From positions 1 through 64,000 of the forward strand of contig CAVUHW010000028.1 of the NCBI GenBank assembly GCA_963741205.1: a DNA stretch of 64,000 bases, in the 5' to 3' direction. A program made the position numbers and the translations under genes. Numbering within the stretch: the stretch's first letter is position 1; each line of letters opens with the position of its first letter. Under the pieces are notes generated by a model. That model saw nothing but the letters and a program-made list of their open reading frames with translations, made no database searches and had not been told where the DNA came from. This DNA comes from Nitrospirota bacterium (GTDB lineage: Bacteria > Nitrospirota > UBA9217). Positions 1 through 13,127 of this stretch are shown here, piece after piece.

Positions 1-180
1 GGGGCGATACTGCGGCGCCCGTTGCGGCGAGGATTTGGTTCCCGGTAACGGCAGGGACCGGTTCAATGGGCAAAAAGATCCAGATTTTCCTTTACTCCTG
101 ACAAATTGTCTTGAATTTGATTTAAGACATAACTATAATGTGTCACCGGGCTACCAACTCTGTCGTGAGGGGAGTGCGAT

Positions 181-802
181 ATGGCATTAAAAAAAGGGGC
201 ACAGAAGAAAAAAGCGGCCAAAGCCGCAGCGAAAAAAAAGACCGCAAAAAAACCATTGAAGAAAACGGCCACAAAGGCACGAAAGCCGGCGGCAAAAAAA
301 GCCGCAAAGAAAGCCGCAAAGAAACCGGCAAAAACGATTGGCAGGACGGCCCGCTCCTCATCTCCTTCCCAGACGGCGGAGGTTAAGCCGCCGAGGCTTT
401 CCGCAACCGTGCAGAAGCGCCACGAACTTCTGAAGAAGCTGCTGCTGAAAAAAAGGAATGAGGTCGTGGCAGGCCTGGAGACCCAGATGGGCCGGAGGCT
501 TATCCGTGGAAACGGGGCAGAAAATCGACTCTGCCATGGACAGCGCCGATCAGTCGGCACTCGATATGGACCAGGGCATCGATTCCTCCCTTCTGGAGAT
601 GAAGTACGAACAGTACAAGGACATCGCCGATGCCTTCCGCAAACTCCAGAACAACACCTACGGCCTGTGCGAGGAGTGCGGCCAGGAAATCGACATCAAA
701 AGGCTGCAGGTCAATCCTCTGGCGCGTTTCTGCATCGCCTGCAAGACAAAAAAAGAAGAATTAGAGCGCATCCAAAAAGAGGAGACGCGTTTCAAGGAAT
801 AA
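181..802 (+). CDS. dksA: DksA/TraR family C4 zinc-finger protein with Lys/Ala-rich histone-like N-terminus (frameshift near 500)
   Basis: ORF 181 gives KKAAKK repeats; ORF 458..802 gives DSADQSA coiled-coil tip and YGLCEECG..CIAC zinc finger. Confidence 0.8.
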
Positions 803-878
803 GGACCACGTTACATTCACCATGAGCCTGTTGCACGAATGTCGAATCGGTGCAGTTTCTCATTCAGACCGCTCGCTG

Positions 879-989
879 GTCATTCTGAGGCGAAGCCGAA
901 GACTCTCGTATTTAATCGCTCAAGGGAAACTCCGCGAAGAATCTTGTTTTCCCGATAGTTGCGAGACCCTTCGCTTCGCTCCAGGTGAC
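879..989. repeat. REP-like palindromic element (GTCATT..GTGAC family)
   Basis: gtcattctgaggcgaagccgaag ... cttcgcttcgctccaggtgac imperfect inverted arms, intergenic. Confidence 0.6.
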
Positions 990-1017
990 GGTTTCAGATT
1001 TAAACTGTCACTTTTTC

Positions 1018-1046
1018 TTGACAAAAAAGCTTCAATACAGTATCTT
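1018..1046 (+). promoter_or_regulatory. sigma70-type promoter of tRNA/tilS operon
   Basis: TTGACA (1018-1023), 17 nt, TATCTT (1041-1046) just upstream of the tRNA. Confidence 0.6.
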
Positions 1047-1067
1047 ATGCCTCTATAATTTTCCGGG

Positions 1068-1143
1068 GGCGGTGTAGCTCAGCTGGTAGAGCAGGGGAAT
1101 CATAATCCCTGTGTCCGGGGTTCGAGTCCCTGCACCGCCACCA
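1068..1143 (+). tRNA. tRNA with CAT anticodon, probably elongator tRNA-Met
   Basis: GGCGGTG..CACCGCC acceptor stem, D arm, loop ATCATAA, GTTCGAGTC T loop, encoded CCA. Confidence 0.93.
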
Positions 1144-1230
1144 TTTTTCTTCCCTGCCCAAATGCCTCCGGATATCATCTTTCGCCAGAGAGTAGTACGG
1201 AACTGACAAAACCTATTGTTGTTTCTTCGC

Positions 1231-2640
1231 ATGTTGCTGACAAAAGTCAAACAGACCATCAAGAAATACCGTATGCTTGCCCCCGGGGACCGGGTGCTCG
1301 TCGCCGTCTCGGGCGGCCCCGACTCGGTCTGCCTCCTCTCCGTCCTTCAGAAATTCGCGAACGGACCTCGGCCTCGAGCTTCACCTGGCGCATCTCGACC
1401 ATATGTTCCGCGGACGAGAATCGGCGGACGAGGCGCTGTTCGTCGACGCTCTCGCAAGGAAGCTCGGGATCCCCGCGATCGTCGAACGGATCGATGTTCC
1501 CGCTTACTGCCGCGAACACGGCCTGTCTTCTCAGGCGGGCGCGCGTGAGGCGCGGTATGGATTCCTCTCCCGCGTCGCGGCGGAGACCGGCGCGTCCCGC
1601 ATCGCCATCGGCCACACGGCCTCGGACCAGGCCGAAACTTTCCTCATGCGGCTCATACGCGGAGCGGGAGTCCCGGGACTTTCCGCCATTCCGCCGCACG
1701 CGAGAGCATCATCCGGCCCCTGATCGAGGTCACGAGAGAAGAGGTGATGGAGTACCTGACGTCGAACAGGATCTCTCCTATGTTACCGATTCATCGAACG
1801 CAAAACCAATCTATACAAGAAACAGGATACGGATGGAGGTGCTGCCTGTCCTTGCAAAGTTCAATCCGCGGATCGTCGAGACCCTCGCATCCGAGGCCTG
1901 CTCTGCTCCGGGATGAAGAAGAGGCCATGGAGGCTCACCTTGCCGGCGTGCTCCCCGGGATCATGACGCAGGAGCGTGAAACCGTCGTGCTGAAGAGGGC
2001 GGAATTCCTTTCCCTCCTCCCGGCCCTCCGGAAGAGGGTCCTCAAAAAAGCTGTTGACGGCCTGGGCGCGGAATCGCCGGCACTGTCATCGGTTCAGCTC
2101 GACGAAGCGGTCACTTTCCTGTCCGAAGCCCGGACCGGGAGGAACCTGCGCCTGCCCCGCGGTCTTTCGGTCGAACGGGAATACGACCGTTTCCTGATCA
2201 GCGCTGCGGAAACAGCCGGCCCCTTCTCCCGTGAGCTCCTCGTCCCCGGCGTCACCGTGGTCCCGGAACCGGGATGGAGGTGGAAACTGAAGTACGTCGA
2301 TACGTTCGCCCTCCCCTTTGAGTCGACAGGAAAAAATTATCGCTGGCAGGCCGTGTTCGATTATGATAAAATGGAGTTCCACTTGACGCTCAGAAACAGG
2401 CGCCCCGGCGACTGGTTCTGTCCTTCCGGCATGCAGGGCAGGCATAAAAAAATCCAGGATTATCTCGTGGACAAAAAAGTCCCTCGCCGGCTGCGTGACC
2501 GGGTTCCGCTGCTCTGCGCAGGCGAAAACATCCTCTGGGTAGTCGGCCACAGGACTGATGAGCGGTTTCTCCCCGGGCCGGGAACGAAGAGACTATTGAT
2601 CGTACGAATGCGGAATTCGGAAAGCGTCCTGCACTCGTGA
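1231..2640 (+). CDS. tilS: tRNA(Ile)-lysidine synthetase (several frameshifts)
   Basis: [10 protein letters not shown]-loop, [29 protein letters not shown]-terminal RRPGD..KKIQD..VPRRLR across ORF pieces. Confidence 0.92.
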
Positions 2641-2719
2641 CTGCCGCACTCGTAAGGCCGGGTGCAGGCAGGATCGCCCCTCACACCCTTACGAAAAGAA
2701 ATTCATGGAGGTTTACAAG

Positions 2720-3274
2720 ATGGTAGGTATCGATTTCGGAAAGCCGCTTTTTACCCTGAGGAGATCCAGCGGAAGATTCAGGAGCTCGGGGCCAGGATAT
2801 CCGACGGACTACGCGGACAAGGACCTGCTCGTCGTCGGCGTGCTCAAGGGCGCCATTTTTTTCATGTCCGACCTGCTCCGATCCCTCCGGATATCCGTTC
2901 AGGATGGATTTCATCCACTGCACCAGCTCATCCTCCAAAGGCAAAGGCGGGATCCCGTACGAATGATCTGCGACATCAAGGAGGACATCCGGGGCAAGCA
3001 CGTCCTTCTGGTCGAGGACATCATGGACTCGGGCGTGACCCTCGATTATCTCAAGAAGATGCTGCAGGAGCGAGGCCCGGCTTCGCTCAAGGTCTGCGTG
3101 CTCCTGGACAAGGCCGAGCGCCGGCAGGTGCAGATCGAGGCGGATTACGCCGGTTTCCGGATCCCGAACAAATATGTGGTCGGCTACGGCCTGGACTACA
3201 AGGACCGCTACCGGAACCTCCCCTACATCGCCGTGCTTCCCGTGGAGCAGAGCGGAGGGGTAAACCGCTCATAA
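2720..3274 (+). CDS. hpt: hypoxanthine phosphoribosyltransferase
   Basis: GVLKGA, VLLVEDIMDSGVTL, VVGYGLDY..YRNLPYI; GGAGG SD; between tilS and ftsH. Confidence 0.92.
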   Translation: MVGIDFGKPLFTLRRSSGRFRSSGPGYPTDYADKDLLVVGVLKGAIFFMSDLLRSLRISVQDGFHPLHQLILQRQRRDPVRMICDIKEDIRGKHVLLVEDIMDSGVTLDYLKKMLQERGPASLKVCVLLDKAERRQVQIEADYAGFRIPNKYVVGYGLDYKDRYRNLPYIAVLPVEQSGGVNRS

Positions 3275-3426
3275 ACTGTTGTCATTGAGGAAGGAATATG
3301 TTACTATTCAGGTCGATGCGAATTGCAGGTTGTAACTTGAAATACGATTCCATACGGTCAATCTTCACTTTCTAATCTTCAATCCTGATTATTTCCAATC
3401 GAGACGTTACGCGGAGGTTTCAATTC

Positions 3427-5230
<1,804 letters not shown>

Positions 5231-5239
5231 GAGGCGGGC

Positions 5240-6379
5240 ATGGGGCCTGTTCTCCGGATCTGTCGCGCGGCGGGGCGCTCTCCCTGACCGTGAGCGGCCT
5301 GACCCCCGGACAGGCGGCGGCCATTCGCGACATTATCATCTCCTTGAACCATCTCACAGCGGGGCAGGTCTCGGACCTGCCCCGACTTTTTCTCCTCCGG
5401 CGCCCCGCCGGAACTCCGTCTGCGGGTCCTGACCGGCACTGCGGCGCATCGAGCCGCCGCCTCGCGGCCGCCAGCGGCCTCTTCGAAGGTCTTGCCGAAA
5501 AAATCGATTCTCTGCTTGACAACTATCTGCGCTCGGACTATAAGATTGATTGCAGAGGGAAAGTCCTCGACCTCGGCAGCCGCACGCATATCATGGGGGT
5601 CCTGAACGTGACGCCCGATTCCTTTTCCGACGGCGGACGCTACGCCGACTCCGGACCAGGCCCTTGCCCGCGCGCGGGAGATGGCGGCTGCCGGCGCGGA
5701 CATCATCGATATCGGCGGCGAGTCCACCCGTCCCGGGCGCCGATCCGGTGCCGGAGGACGAAGAGCTTCGGAGGACCATCCCGCTCATCGAACGGCTCGC
5801 CGCCGAGCTGGCCGTTCCCCTGTCCGTCGACACCTACAAATCCTCGGTCGCGAGAAAAGCGCTCGAGGCCGGCGCCTCGATCGTAAACGACATCAGCGGG
5901 CTCCGGTTCTCGCCCGACATGGCGGAAACGGCGGCGCGATTACGGGGCCGCGGTCGTCATCATGCACATCAAGGGAACGCCGCAGAAACATGCAGCAGAA
6001 CCCCGTCTATGACCGATGTGGTCGGATGAGGTCCGGGAGTATCTCGAAGAAGGCATCGAGATCGCCGTTAAGGCCGGCGTGGACCGGGAAAAGATCATGA
6101 TCGACCCGGGCATCGGTTTCGGCAAGAATCTCGACGCACAACCTCGCGCTCCTGAACCGGCTCGACGAGTTCCGGGGCCTCGGCAGGCCGGTCGTGCTGG
6201 GGACGTCGAGAAAAAAGTTCATCGGCACGGTCCTCGGCATTCCCGTGCCCGAACGAGCGCGGTTGACGGCACTGCGGCCACCGTGGCGCTCGGGATCGAG
6301 CGCGGCGCCGCGCGTCGTGCGGGTCCACGACGTGGCGCGCATGGCGCAGGTGGCGCGGATGACGGATGCGATGTACTGA
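5240..6379 (+). CDS. folP: dihydropteroate synthase with N-terminal extension (frameshifts)
   Basis: [51 protein letters not shown]. Confidence 0.92.
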
Positions 6380-6439
6380 AACAAAGCACCAAATAACAAA
6401 CACCGAATCGCCAAAAACACTACGACTACAGATTATCTT

Positions 6440-6534
6440 GTCATTCCCGAATGCTTCTATCGGGAATCCAGTTTTGCAATGACAATAAAAAATACAAGAG
6501 CACTGGATTCCGGCTAGAATCATGCCGGAATGAC
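6440..6534. repeat. REP-like palindromic pair
   Basis: gtcattcccgaa..tcgggaatccag ... ctggattccggc..gccggaatgac. Confidence 0.7.
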
Positions 6535-6566
6535 GGCTTAATTGAGTGGGACTTTGACGTAAACCC

Positions 6567-7354
6567 ATGAACAACTTCACTCGAAATACGCGAGGCCCTT
6601 GCGCACTACCGCTGGTTCAACGACACGGTGGACATCGCGCTCGTCTACTATCTCTTCTACCGGCTGCTGCTGCTCATCAAGGGCACGCGCGCGTTCCAGA
6701 TGCTCATCGGCATCGGACTCATCGTCCTGGTGCTCATCGCCTCGCAGGCCTCGAGTTCTACACCCTCGACTGGCTCATCCACAGTTTCTGGTCCCAGATC
6801 GTGCTCGCCGTCGTGGTCCTGTTCCAGCCCGAGATCCGGCGCACCCTGGCCCGGGTCGGCGAACGCCAGCTCTTCCGGTCGCTGTCCGCCGTCGAGGGCT
6901 CCAAGTTCATCGAGGAAACGGTCAAAGCGGCGGTCTCCATGGCGAACAAGCGGATCGGCGCGCTCATCGTCCTCGAACGCGACACGGACCTCTCGACGAT
7001 CGTCGAGATGGGCACGGAGCTCGACGCCAAGGTCACCAAGGAAATCCTCGTCAGCATCTTCCTCCCCTATTCGCCGATCCACGACGGGGCCGCGATCATC
7101 CGGAGCGGGAGGATCGTCGCCGCCGGCTGCTTTCCTGCCGCTCACGCTGTCGTCGAACCTCTCAAAAGCTCTCGGCACGCGCCACCGGGCCGCCGTGGGT
7201 CTCACCGAGGAGAGCCGATGCCGTCGTGGTGGTCGTATCCGAGGAAACAGGGGAGATCTCCGTGGTCAGCAACGGCGTCGTCGAGCACAACGCGGACGCG
7301 CCCGCGCTCAGGAAGACGCTGTCCGATATCTTTATGCAGAAGAAGGACAGGTGA
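6567..7354 (+). CDS. cdaA: diadenylate cyclase CdaA (frameshifts)
   Basis: N-terminal TM helices, VLFQPEIRR, GALIV, PIHDGA, GTRHRAA, VVSEETG. Confidence 0.92.
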
Positions 7355-7361
7355 CCGTGCC

Positions 7362-8019
7362 ATGAACATCCGGAGACTCCTGTTCGACAACTGGGGCATC
7401 AAGCTTTTGTCGCTGGCCTGTCGCTCTCCCTCTGGTTTTACGTCACCTCGAAGGGAAAAACCGAGATGACGCTCACGGTCCCGCTTGAACTCCGGAACAT
7501 CCCCCAGAACATGGCGGTGGTCGGCGATGTGACAGGGACCCTGGAAGTGCGCGTGCAGGGCCAGGAGCGGGCTCTCAGGGACATTTCGAGCGGGAAAAAG
7601 GTGGTCGGCGTCATGGATCTGTCCATGGCGAAAGTCGGCGAGAACACCGTGCGCCTTTCTCCCGACGATATCGTGCGGCCGTCGGGCGTCGCCGTCACTT
7701 ACATGTCCCCGTCGGAGGTCAAGGTGAAGCTCGAACCGCTCGTCCGGAAGACCTTCCGGCTGAAGCCGGTCCTCCACGGGACTCCCGCGGCGGGATACCG
7801 TGTCGCGAAAATCACCGTCCTCGCCCGCCCGAGATAACCGTGGAAGGGCCCGCCAGCGTGATGGACAAGCTGGAGAGCCTCCAGACCATGCCGATCGACA
7901 TCCAGGGCGCCACCGGGGACGTGACCGTGGAGCCGAAGATCGACTACCAGGGCATGCAGGTGAAAGATCACTCGAAAAAAACATATCGGTGCGCATCAGC
8001 ATGGAAAGGAAGTCCATGA
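7362..8019 (+). CDS. cdaR: CdaR/YbbR domain protein (frameshifts)
   Basis: [11 protein letters not shown] start, YbbR-type beta repeats, located between cdaA and glmM. Confidence 0.8.
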
Positions 8020-9370
8020 TGAAGAAGCTGTTCGGGACCGACGGCGTGCGGGGCGTGGCGAACCAGGACCCCATGACCTCGGAGATGGCGCTGCGCATCG
8101 GCAGGGCCGCGGCGCATGTGTTCCGCGATTCCGCCCGCAGGCACCGCATCGTGATCGGCAAGGACACAAGGCTCTCGGGGTACATGATCGAAAGCGCGCT
8201 CACCGCCGGGCTCTGCTCCATGGGCATGGACGTGCTGCTCGTCGGCCCCGTGCCGACGCCGGGGATCGCGTTCCTCACGCGAAGCCTCAGGGCCGACGCG
8301 GGCGTCGTGATCTCGGCGTCGCACAACCCCTACGAGGACAACGGCATCAAGTTCTTCGGCAGGGACGGGTTCAAGCTCCCGGACGAGGTCGAGAAGAAGA
8401 TGGAGGACCTGATCTTCTCCGGCGCCATCGACTCCATCCGTCCGACGGCCTGCCGAGATCGGCAAGGCCTTCAGGATCGACGACGCCATCGGCAGGTACA
8501 ACGAGTTCGTAAAATCGTCGATCCCCCGCGGCATGGACCTCTCCGGACTCCGCATCGTCGTGGACTCGGCCAACGGCGCGGCATACAAGATCGGACCGCG
8601 CATCCTGACCGAGCTCGGCGCGGACGTCATCTCGCTCTATGACCAGCCGAACGGCATGAACATCAACCAGGGCTGCGGCTCGCTCCACCCCGAGGTCATC
8701 TCCCGCGCGGTGGTCGCGAACAAGGCCCAGATCGGCATCGCCTTTGACGGCGACGCGGACCGGGTGATCTTGTGCGATGAGAAAGGCGCAGTCGTTGACG
8801 GCGACGCGGTCATGGCCATCTGCGCGCTCCAGATGATGAAGCAAGGACGGCTCAGGCAGAACACGCTCGTTGCCACGGTCATGAGCAATCTCGGCCTCGA
8901 GCTCGCGATGCAGCAGGCCGGCGGCAGACTTGTCCGCGCCGCCGTCGGCGACCGCTACGTCATGGAGAAGATGATCGACGGGGGCTACAACCTCGGCGGC
9001 GAGCAGTCCGGCCATATCATCTTCCTGGACCACAACACCACCGGCGACGGGCTCATCTCCGCGCTCCAGGTCCTCTCGATCATGAAGCAGACCGGGAAAC
9101 CGCTGTCCGAACTGGCGGCCTGCATGAAGACCTATCCCCAGGTGCTCGTGAACGTGAAGGTGAAGGAGCGGCGGGACCTCGACGTCGATCCCCGAGATCG
9201 CGCAGCGCATGGCCGAGATCGAGAAGAAGCTTGACGGCACCGGCCGCCTCCTCGTCCGCTATTCCGGCACCGAGCCCAAGGTCCGCGTCATGATCGAGGG
9301 CGAGAACCAGAACGAGATCAAGGCGCTTGCCGAGGACCTTGCGGGGATCATCAAGGAGAAGCTGGGATAG
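8016..9370 (+). CDS. glmM: phosphoglucosamine mutase (frameshifts)
   Basis: [45 protein letters not shown]. Confidence 0.96.
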
Positions 9371-9390
9371 TGCGATTCCCCCACCACGGT

Positions 9391-9469
9391 GTCATACCCG
9401 CGAAAGCGGGTATCCATTGGCTTTTTCTCAGCTAAATCAAAAATGGATTCCTGCTTTTGCAGGAATGAC
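9391..9469. repeat. REP-like palindromic pair
   Basis: gtcatacccgcgaaagcgggtatccat ... atggattcctgcttttgcaggaatgac. Confidence 0.7.
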
Positions 9470-9713
9470 AAAAAGTGTTTCGCTGTGGTGGTAGGAAGGA
9501 GTATTTTTCGCTTTGCAAGCGTAATTACTTCGGCGGTGCATGGCAATTTACGAAAATACCGACCCCCTTCGCCCCCGCCCCGTGTCTCCTGCAGTAACTC
9601 CTCCCCTTGCCTGCCCTACGTCAAACAATATTTATCCTTGAATGAAAATAAGTATTCTGTTACAGTCTGGTACTGTAACTGTCTACGTAAGAACAAAGCT
9701 TAAGAATAAACTA

Positions 9714-9772
9714 ACACAACAAGCCCCTGCACGTGTCAGCGAAAAACCGCGTCACGTGAGGCGCAGTTCCGG
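9714..9772 (+). other. degenerate solitary attC-like site
   Basis: AAC-5nt-CCT[G]CACGTG...CACGTGAGG-4nt-GTT, inner arms pair with one extrahelical G; follows a TAA ending at 9703. Confidence 0.4.
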
Positions 9773-9877
9773 CTCCGGCATACTGCCGCTCTACTGGATG
9801 ACGGTGCGGGAATGAAAGTTAAGAAGTTTAGACACACGAGACTTGCCGTGTTCAAGAAGACTCTTTAATCAACAGAG

Positions 9878-10422
9878 ATGCCAACGGAATTCGACATCAT
9901 TAAAGAAGTTGTCAGCAGGCTTGACGAAGCGGCGGTCCCTTACATGATCACCGGCTCCATCGCGGCCAATTTCTACGCGGTGCCGAGGATGACGCGGGAT
10001 ATCGATGTTATTATTGAGTTGAGCCCGTCGAATGTCGAGCGTCTGGCCGGCCTTTTTGAGGGAGATTTTTACATCGACAAGGAGATGGTAAGGAGGCCGT
10101 TCAACAGGGCGGGATGTTCAACATCATTCACCTGAAATCGGTTTTCAAGGTTGATTTCATTATCCGCAAGAACGATCCGTACCGCATCGAGGAATTCAGG
10201 AGAAAAAGACGGGTGACGGTCGGCGATGTCAACCTCTTCATAACAGCGCCTGAAGATCTGATTTTGTCGAAGCTTTATTGGGCGAAAGAAAGTCACTCGG
10301 AGCTTCAATTGCGCGACGTCGCTAATCTGCTCAGCCAGGTCGGGGATTTGGATCATGCCTATCTGGAACGCTGGGCCGAGTACCTGGGCATCACAGAGCT
10401 TTACAAGAGGGCCTCATCATGA
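9878..10422 (+). CDS. nucleotidyltransferase-superfamily protein, putative TA component (frameshift near 10100)
   Basis: YMITGS.A..PRMTRDID motif, KVDF, APEDLILSKL, QLRDV. Confidence 0.75.
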
Positions 10423-10667
10423 CCGACACGGACCCGCGTATCGAACAACTGTTTACTCAAATGATCATGTCCAAGACCGGGGAGGAACGCCTGCGCATGG
10501 GTTTTGAGATGTATGAAACCGCGCGAAAGTTCGTCGAGGCATCCATCCCGGCACCCGAGGGCTCAGTGGATTTCCTGCAGGCCCTTTTCCTCCGTTTTTA
10601 TGGTACGGATCTGCCACAGCAGTTCAAGCAGAATTTCATCACGACTCTCACGAATAAAAAAGCTTGA
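10419..10667 (+). CDS. small helical partner of the nucleotidyltransferase
   Basis: ATGA overlap with upstream gene; MTDT..EERLRMG..M..FLRFYG. Confidence 0.7.
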   Translation: MTDTDPRIEQLFTQMIMSKTGEERLRMGFEMYETARKFVEASIPAPEGSVDFLQALFLRFYGTDLPQQFKQNFITTLTNKKA

Positions 10668-11460
10668 CCCTCTATGCACAAACCCATCATACCTATCACC
10701 CTTGCGTACCTTTAGGGAATCGTGCTTGGTTATGGATTTCTGTATTTGCCCTATACGACCGGCGCTCTCGTAATCCTCTTGATCGCAACAGCCGGAATTT
10801 TCGGGCACTCCGTAAGAAATGAGTCTACCTCGGCGTTCTCCTCGATCCTGCGGGTTGACTATGCCGAATCACTGGCAAAGCGGCTTTTATTTATCCACGG
10901 GGGATATCGGAACGGCGACGACTTGCGGTCATGACGAGAATCTGGCGTGTTCAGGAGCGGACAGGACTGGCGCGAGCGATCAGACAGTGTTCGACGGGAG
11001 ACTAAAGGTCCCGGCTCGGCAATCACGGAAGCCATGGTTCTGGGCGATCGGAGTCGTTCGTCTCGCTTGCCAGACCGGAGCCTCGCGACCGGTTGCGTGG
11101 CAGCCGGGGTAACAGGGATATAATTCCCGTACCGGATCCACCCGGGCGATGGTCGAGCTCATTGTTCGGCTATGAGAGGTGGGAACCCGTTTCTGCCGGA
11201 CGGACCGTGACGGCGCGGTACGTCATCACGACGGGCCGTGAGAGGTGGATGTCTCGCGGTGGAGCGAATTGATGCTGCAAGGATACGCTGACGAACCTGG
11301 TAGAATGGGGAAATTTTGCGCATCTAAACTGGCGGCGGCTACCGCGGCAGCTTGATTGCCAACAGATGAAACGCAGCTTCTGACACCCAACATATTCCCT
11401 GTCCGCTGTCATACTTCTATCCTTCTTACTTCATACTTCTTACTTCTCACTTCTCCCTTC

Positions 11461-12309
11461 TTACCAGTCCCCGCAGTATTCAAAAGCCTGCGTCGTTGTC
11501 AGTCGCTGTATATGTTCCCCGGTTTCAGACATCCGGTAGAGATTAGCGAACGATTCAGACTCCTCCCAGTCGCAGCTGCTGGAAAAGACGATCTCCCTTC
11601 CTGACCAGATGGGAGACGAATCAGTTCCCCGTGCAGGAGGCTCGAACAAAACGATCTCCCCGGTATCGACATTGAGTTTGCGGAGATGGGGCGTACCCAG
11701 ATCGCAGCCATAGATGAGCCATGACCCGTCCGGCGACCATGAAGGGTTCGCATGCAGCGCTTCATCCGTCGTAAGCTTCCTCTGATTGTCGCCTGCGGGG
11801 TCCATGACCCGGATATGGGAAGACTTGGCGCCGGGCATGAATTCTACGAACGCGATCAGATCGCCTCGCGGCGACCACATTGGACTCATGTGCTCGGAAG
11901 GCCCCGTGGTAAGTCTGGTGAATCCCGTCCCATCCATATTGACGACGTGCACCTGCTGCAGCCCCTTTTCGTCAACCCCCGCAAACACAAGCCGGCTGTC
12001 ATCGCCTGACCAGTCAACGCTGCTGATGTTGAGATCACCGGCCGTGATCTGGGCTGTTTTCCGGGTTGCGAGATCCATGAAGAATATGTTGTACAATTTC
12101 CTGGCGTTGTTTTTCGTGCTTACGAAGGCGATCATGGTCCTGTCCGTGTTATAACGGGGGGCCGCGTTGTCGGTGTATTCCCCGTTGGCCCCCGGGTTCA
12201 TCGTGAGGCGGGTCTCGTTCTTCCCGTCCGGGTCGACGGCATAGATGTCGTTGAACATCTCGTTGCCGTCTTGGGTAAACCGGGTAAATACAATGCGGGC
12301 TTGGTCCAT
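11461..12309 (-). CDS. TolB-like beta-propeller (PD40 repeats), no obvious signal peptide
   Basis: repeated PxWSPDG / RLT motifs. Confidence 0.85.
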   Translation of the reverse strand: MDQARIVFTRFTQDGNEMFNDIYAVDPDGKNETRLTMNPGANGEYTDNAAPRYNTDRTMIAFVSTKNNARKLYNIFFMDLATRKTAQITAGDLNISSVDWSGDDSRLVFAGVDEKGLQQVHVVNMDGTGFTRLTTGPSEHMSPMWSPRGDLIAFVEFMPGAKSSHIRVMDPAGDNQRKLTTDEALHANPSWSPDGSWLIYGCDLGTPHLRKLNVDTGEIVLFEPPARGTDSSPIWSGREIVFSSSCDWEESESFANLYRMSETGEHIQRLTTTQAFEYCGDW

Positions 12310-12773
12310 GCGAAAACCTCTTTCTGTTCTTAGGAACGCTGATTGCGGAAGGACAGATTAACAAGGAATGAGGATAATGTCAAACCGGAATGTGCGGAAA
12401 TTTCCGCAGGAGATCGAGCGGCAACGAATGTCGTCAATGCGGTGAAGGCAGGAAGTCATACCCTGCTATTGCTCATCATCTTCCTTCACAACTTCCTTCA
12501 ACTGACCGTAGGGACCCGGCCCGAAATGTTTTTTGAAAGGTTCCTACGATCCAAGCGCCCCTCTGATTTTCCTGGCCAGGTCGATCATGCGTCGGACCTC
12601 TCCGGGACACCTGTGGAGACAGCCCTAGCGCGCGGACTCTTTGCCCTGAAAGTATGCCCGTTCCATACACATGCCTGGTTGCGTCATCAGCCCCGTGGAC
12701 CGCGTAGAAATACACGTGCTCGATCAAGGAATGTATCTCACTACGGGAAATCGGAAAAACAGCCCGAGTCCTG

Positions 12774-12911
12774 TTATACGCTTCCGCTTTTTGCCTCGAA
12801 CGAGTTCTTCTGCTGCTGCTTCTCCTTCTGCTGCTGCACATCATGCACGTGCTTCGTTGCTTTCTGCTTCTGGCTCTTTTCCTTGCCCTTCTTGCCGCCC
12901 TTGTCTCCCAT
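12774..12911 (-). CDS. 45-aa Lys/Gln-rich small protein (absent from ORF track)
   Basis: AAAGGAGG SD then MGDKGGKKGKEKSQKQKATKHVHDVQQQKEKQQQKNSFEAKSGSV*. Confidence 0.65.
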   Translation of the reverse strand: MGDKGGKKGKEKSQKQKATKHVHDVQQQKEKQQQKNSFEAKSGSV

Positions 12912-13127
12912 TCTGCGCCTCCTTTTTGCACCTGGATATCGTGCCTCAGATCATTATAGCATGTTATTTTTTCCGTTCGATGCAAAAGAGGGATTGGGAG
13001 GAGATGGTATTGTGCTGACAGGGAAAGACGTAAATCGGTTTTTCTGGTTCGGATTCATTCTGGAGCGCATCTCGATCCCGGACTTTCATTTCAAACAGAA
13101 GGAAGCGGCTCCGATACTCACCGCTGA

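Noticed and set aside
7800-8642. CdaR-GlmM fusion protein
   Set aside because: A single indel at an ATGA-type overlap explains it, given the local error rate
10722-11290. SGNH-hydrolase gene (NLACSGA-like motif)
   Set aside because: Only a short motif in broken frames; at most a remnant and not supportable as a feature
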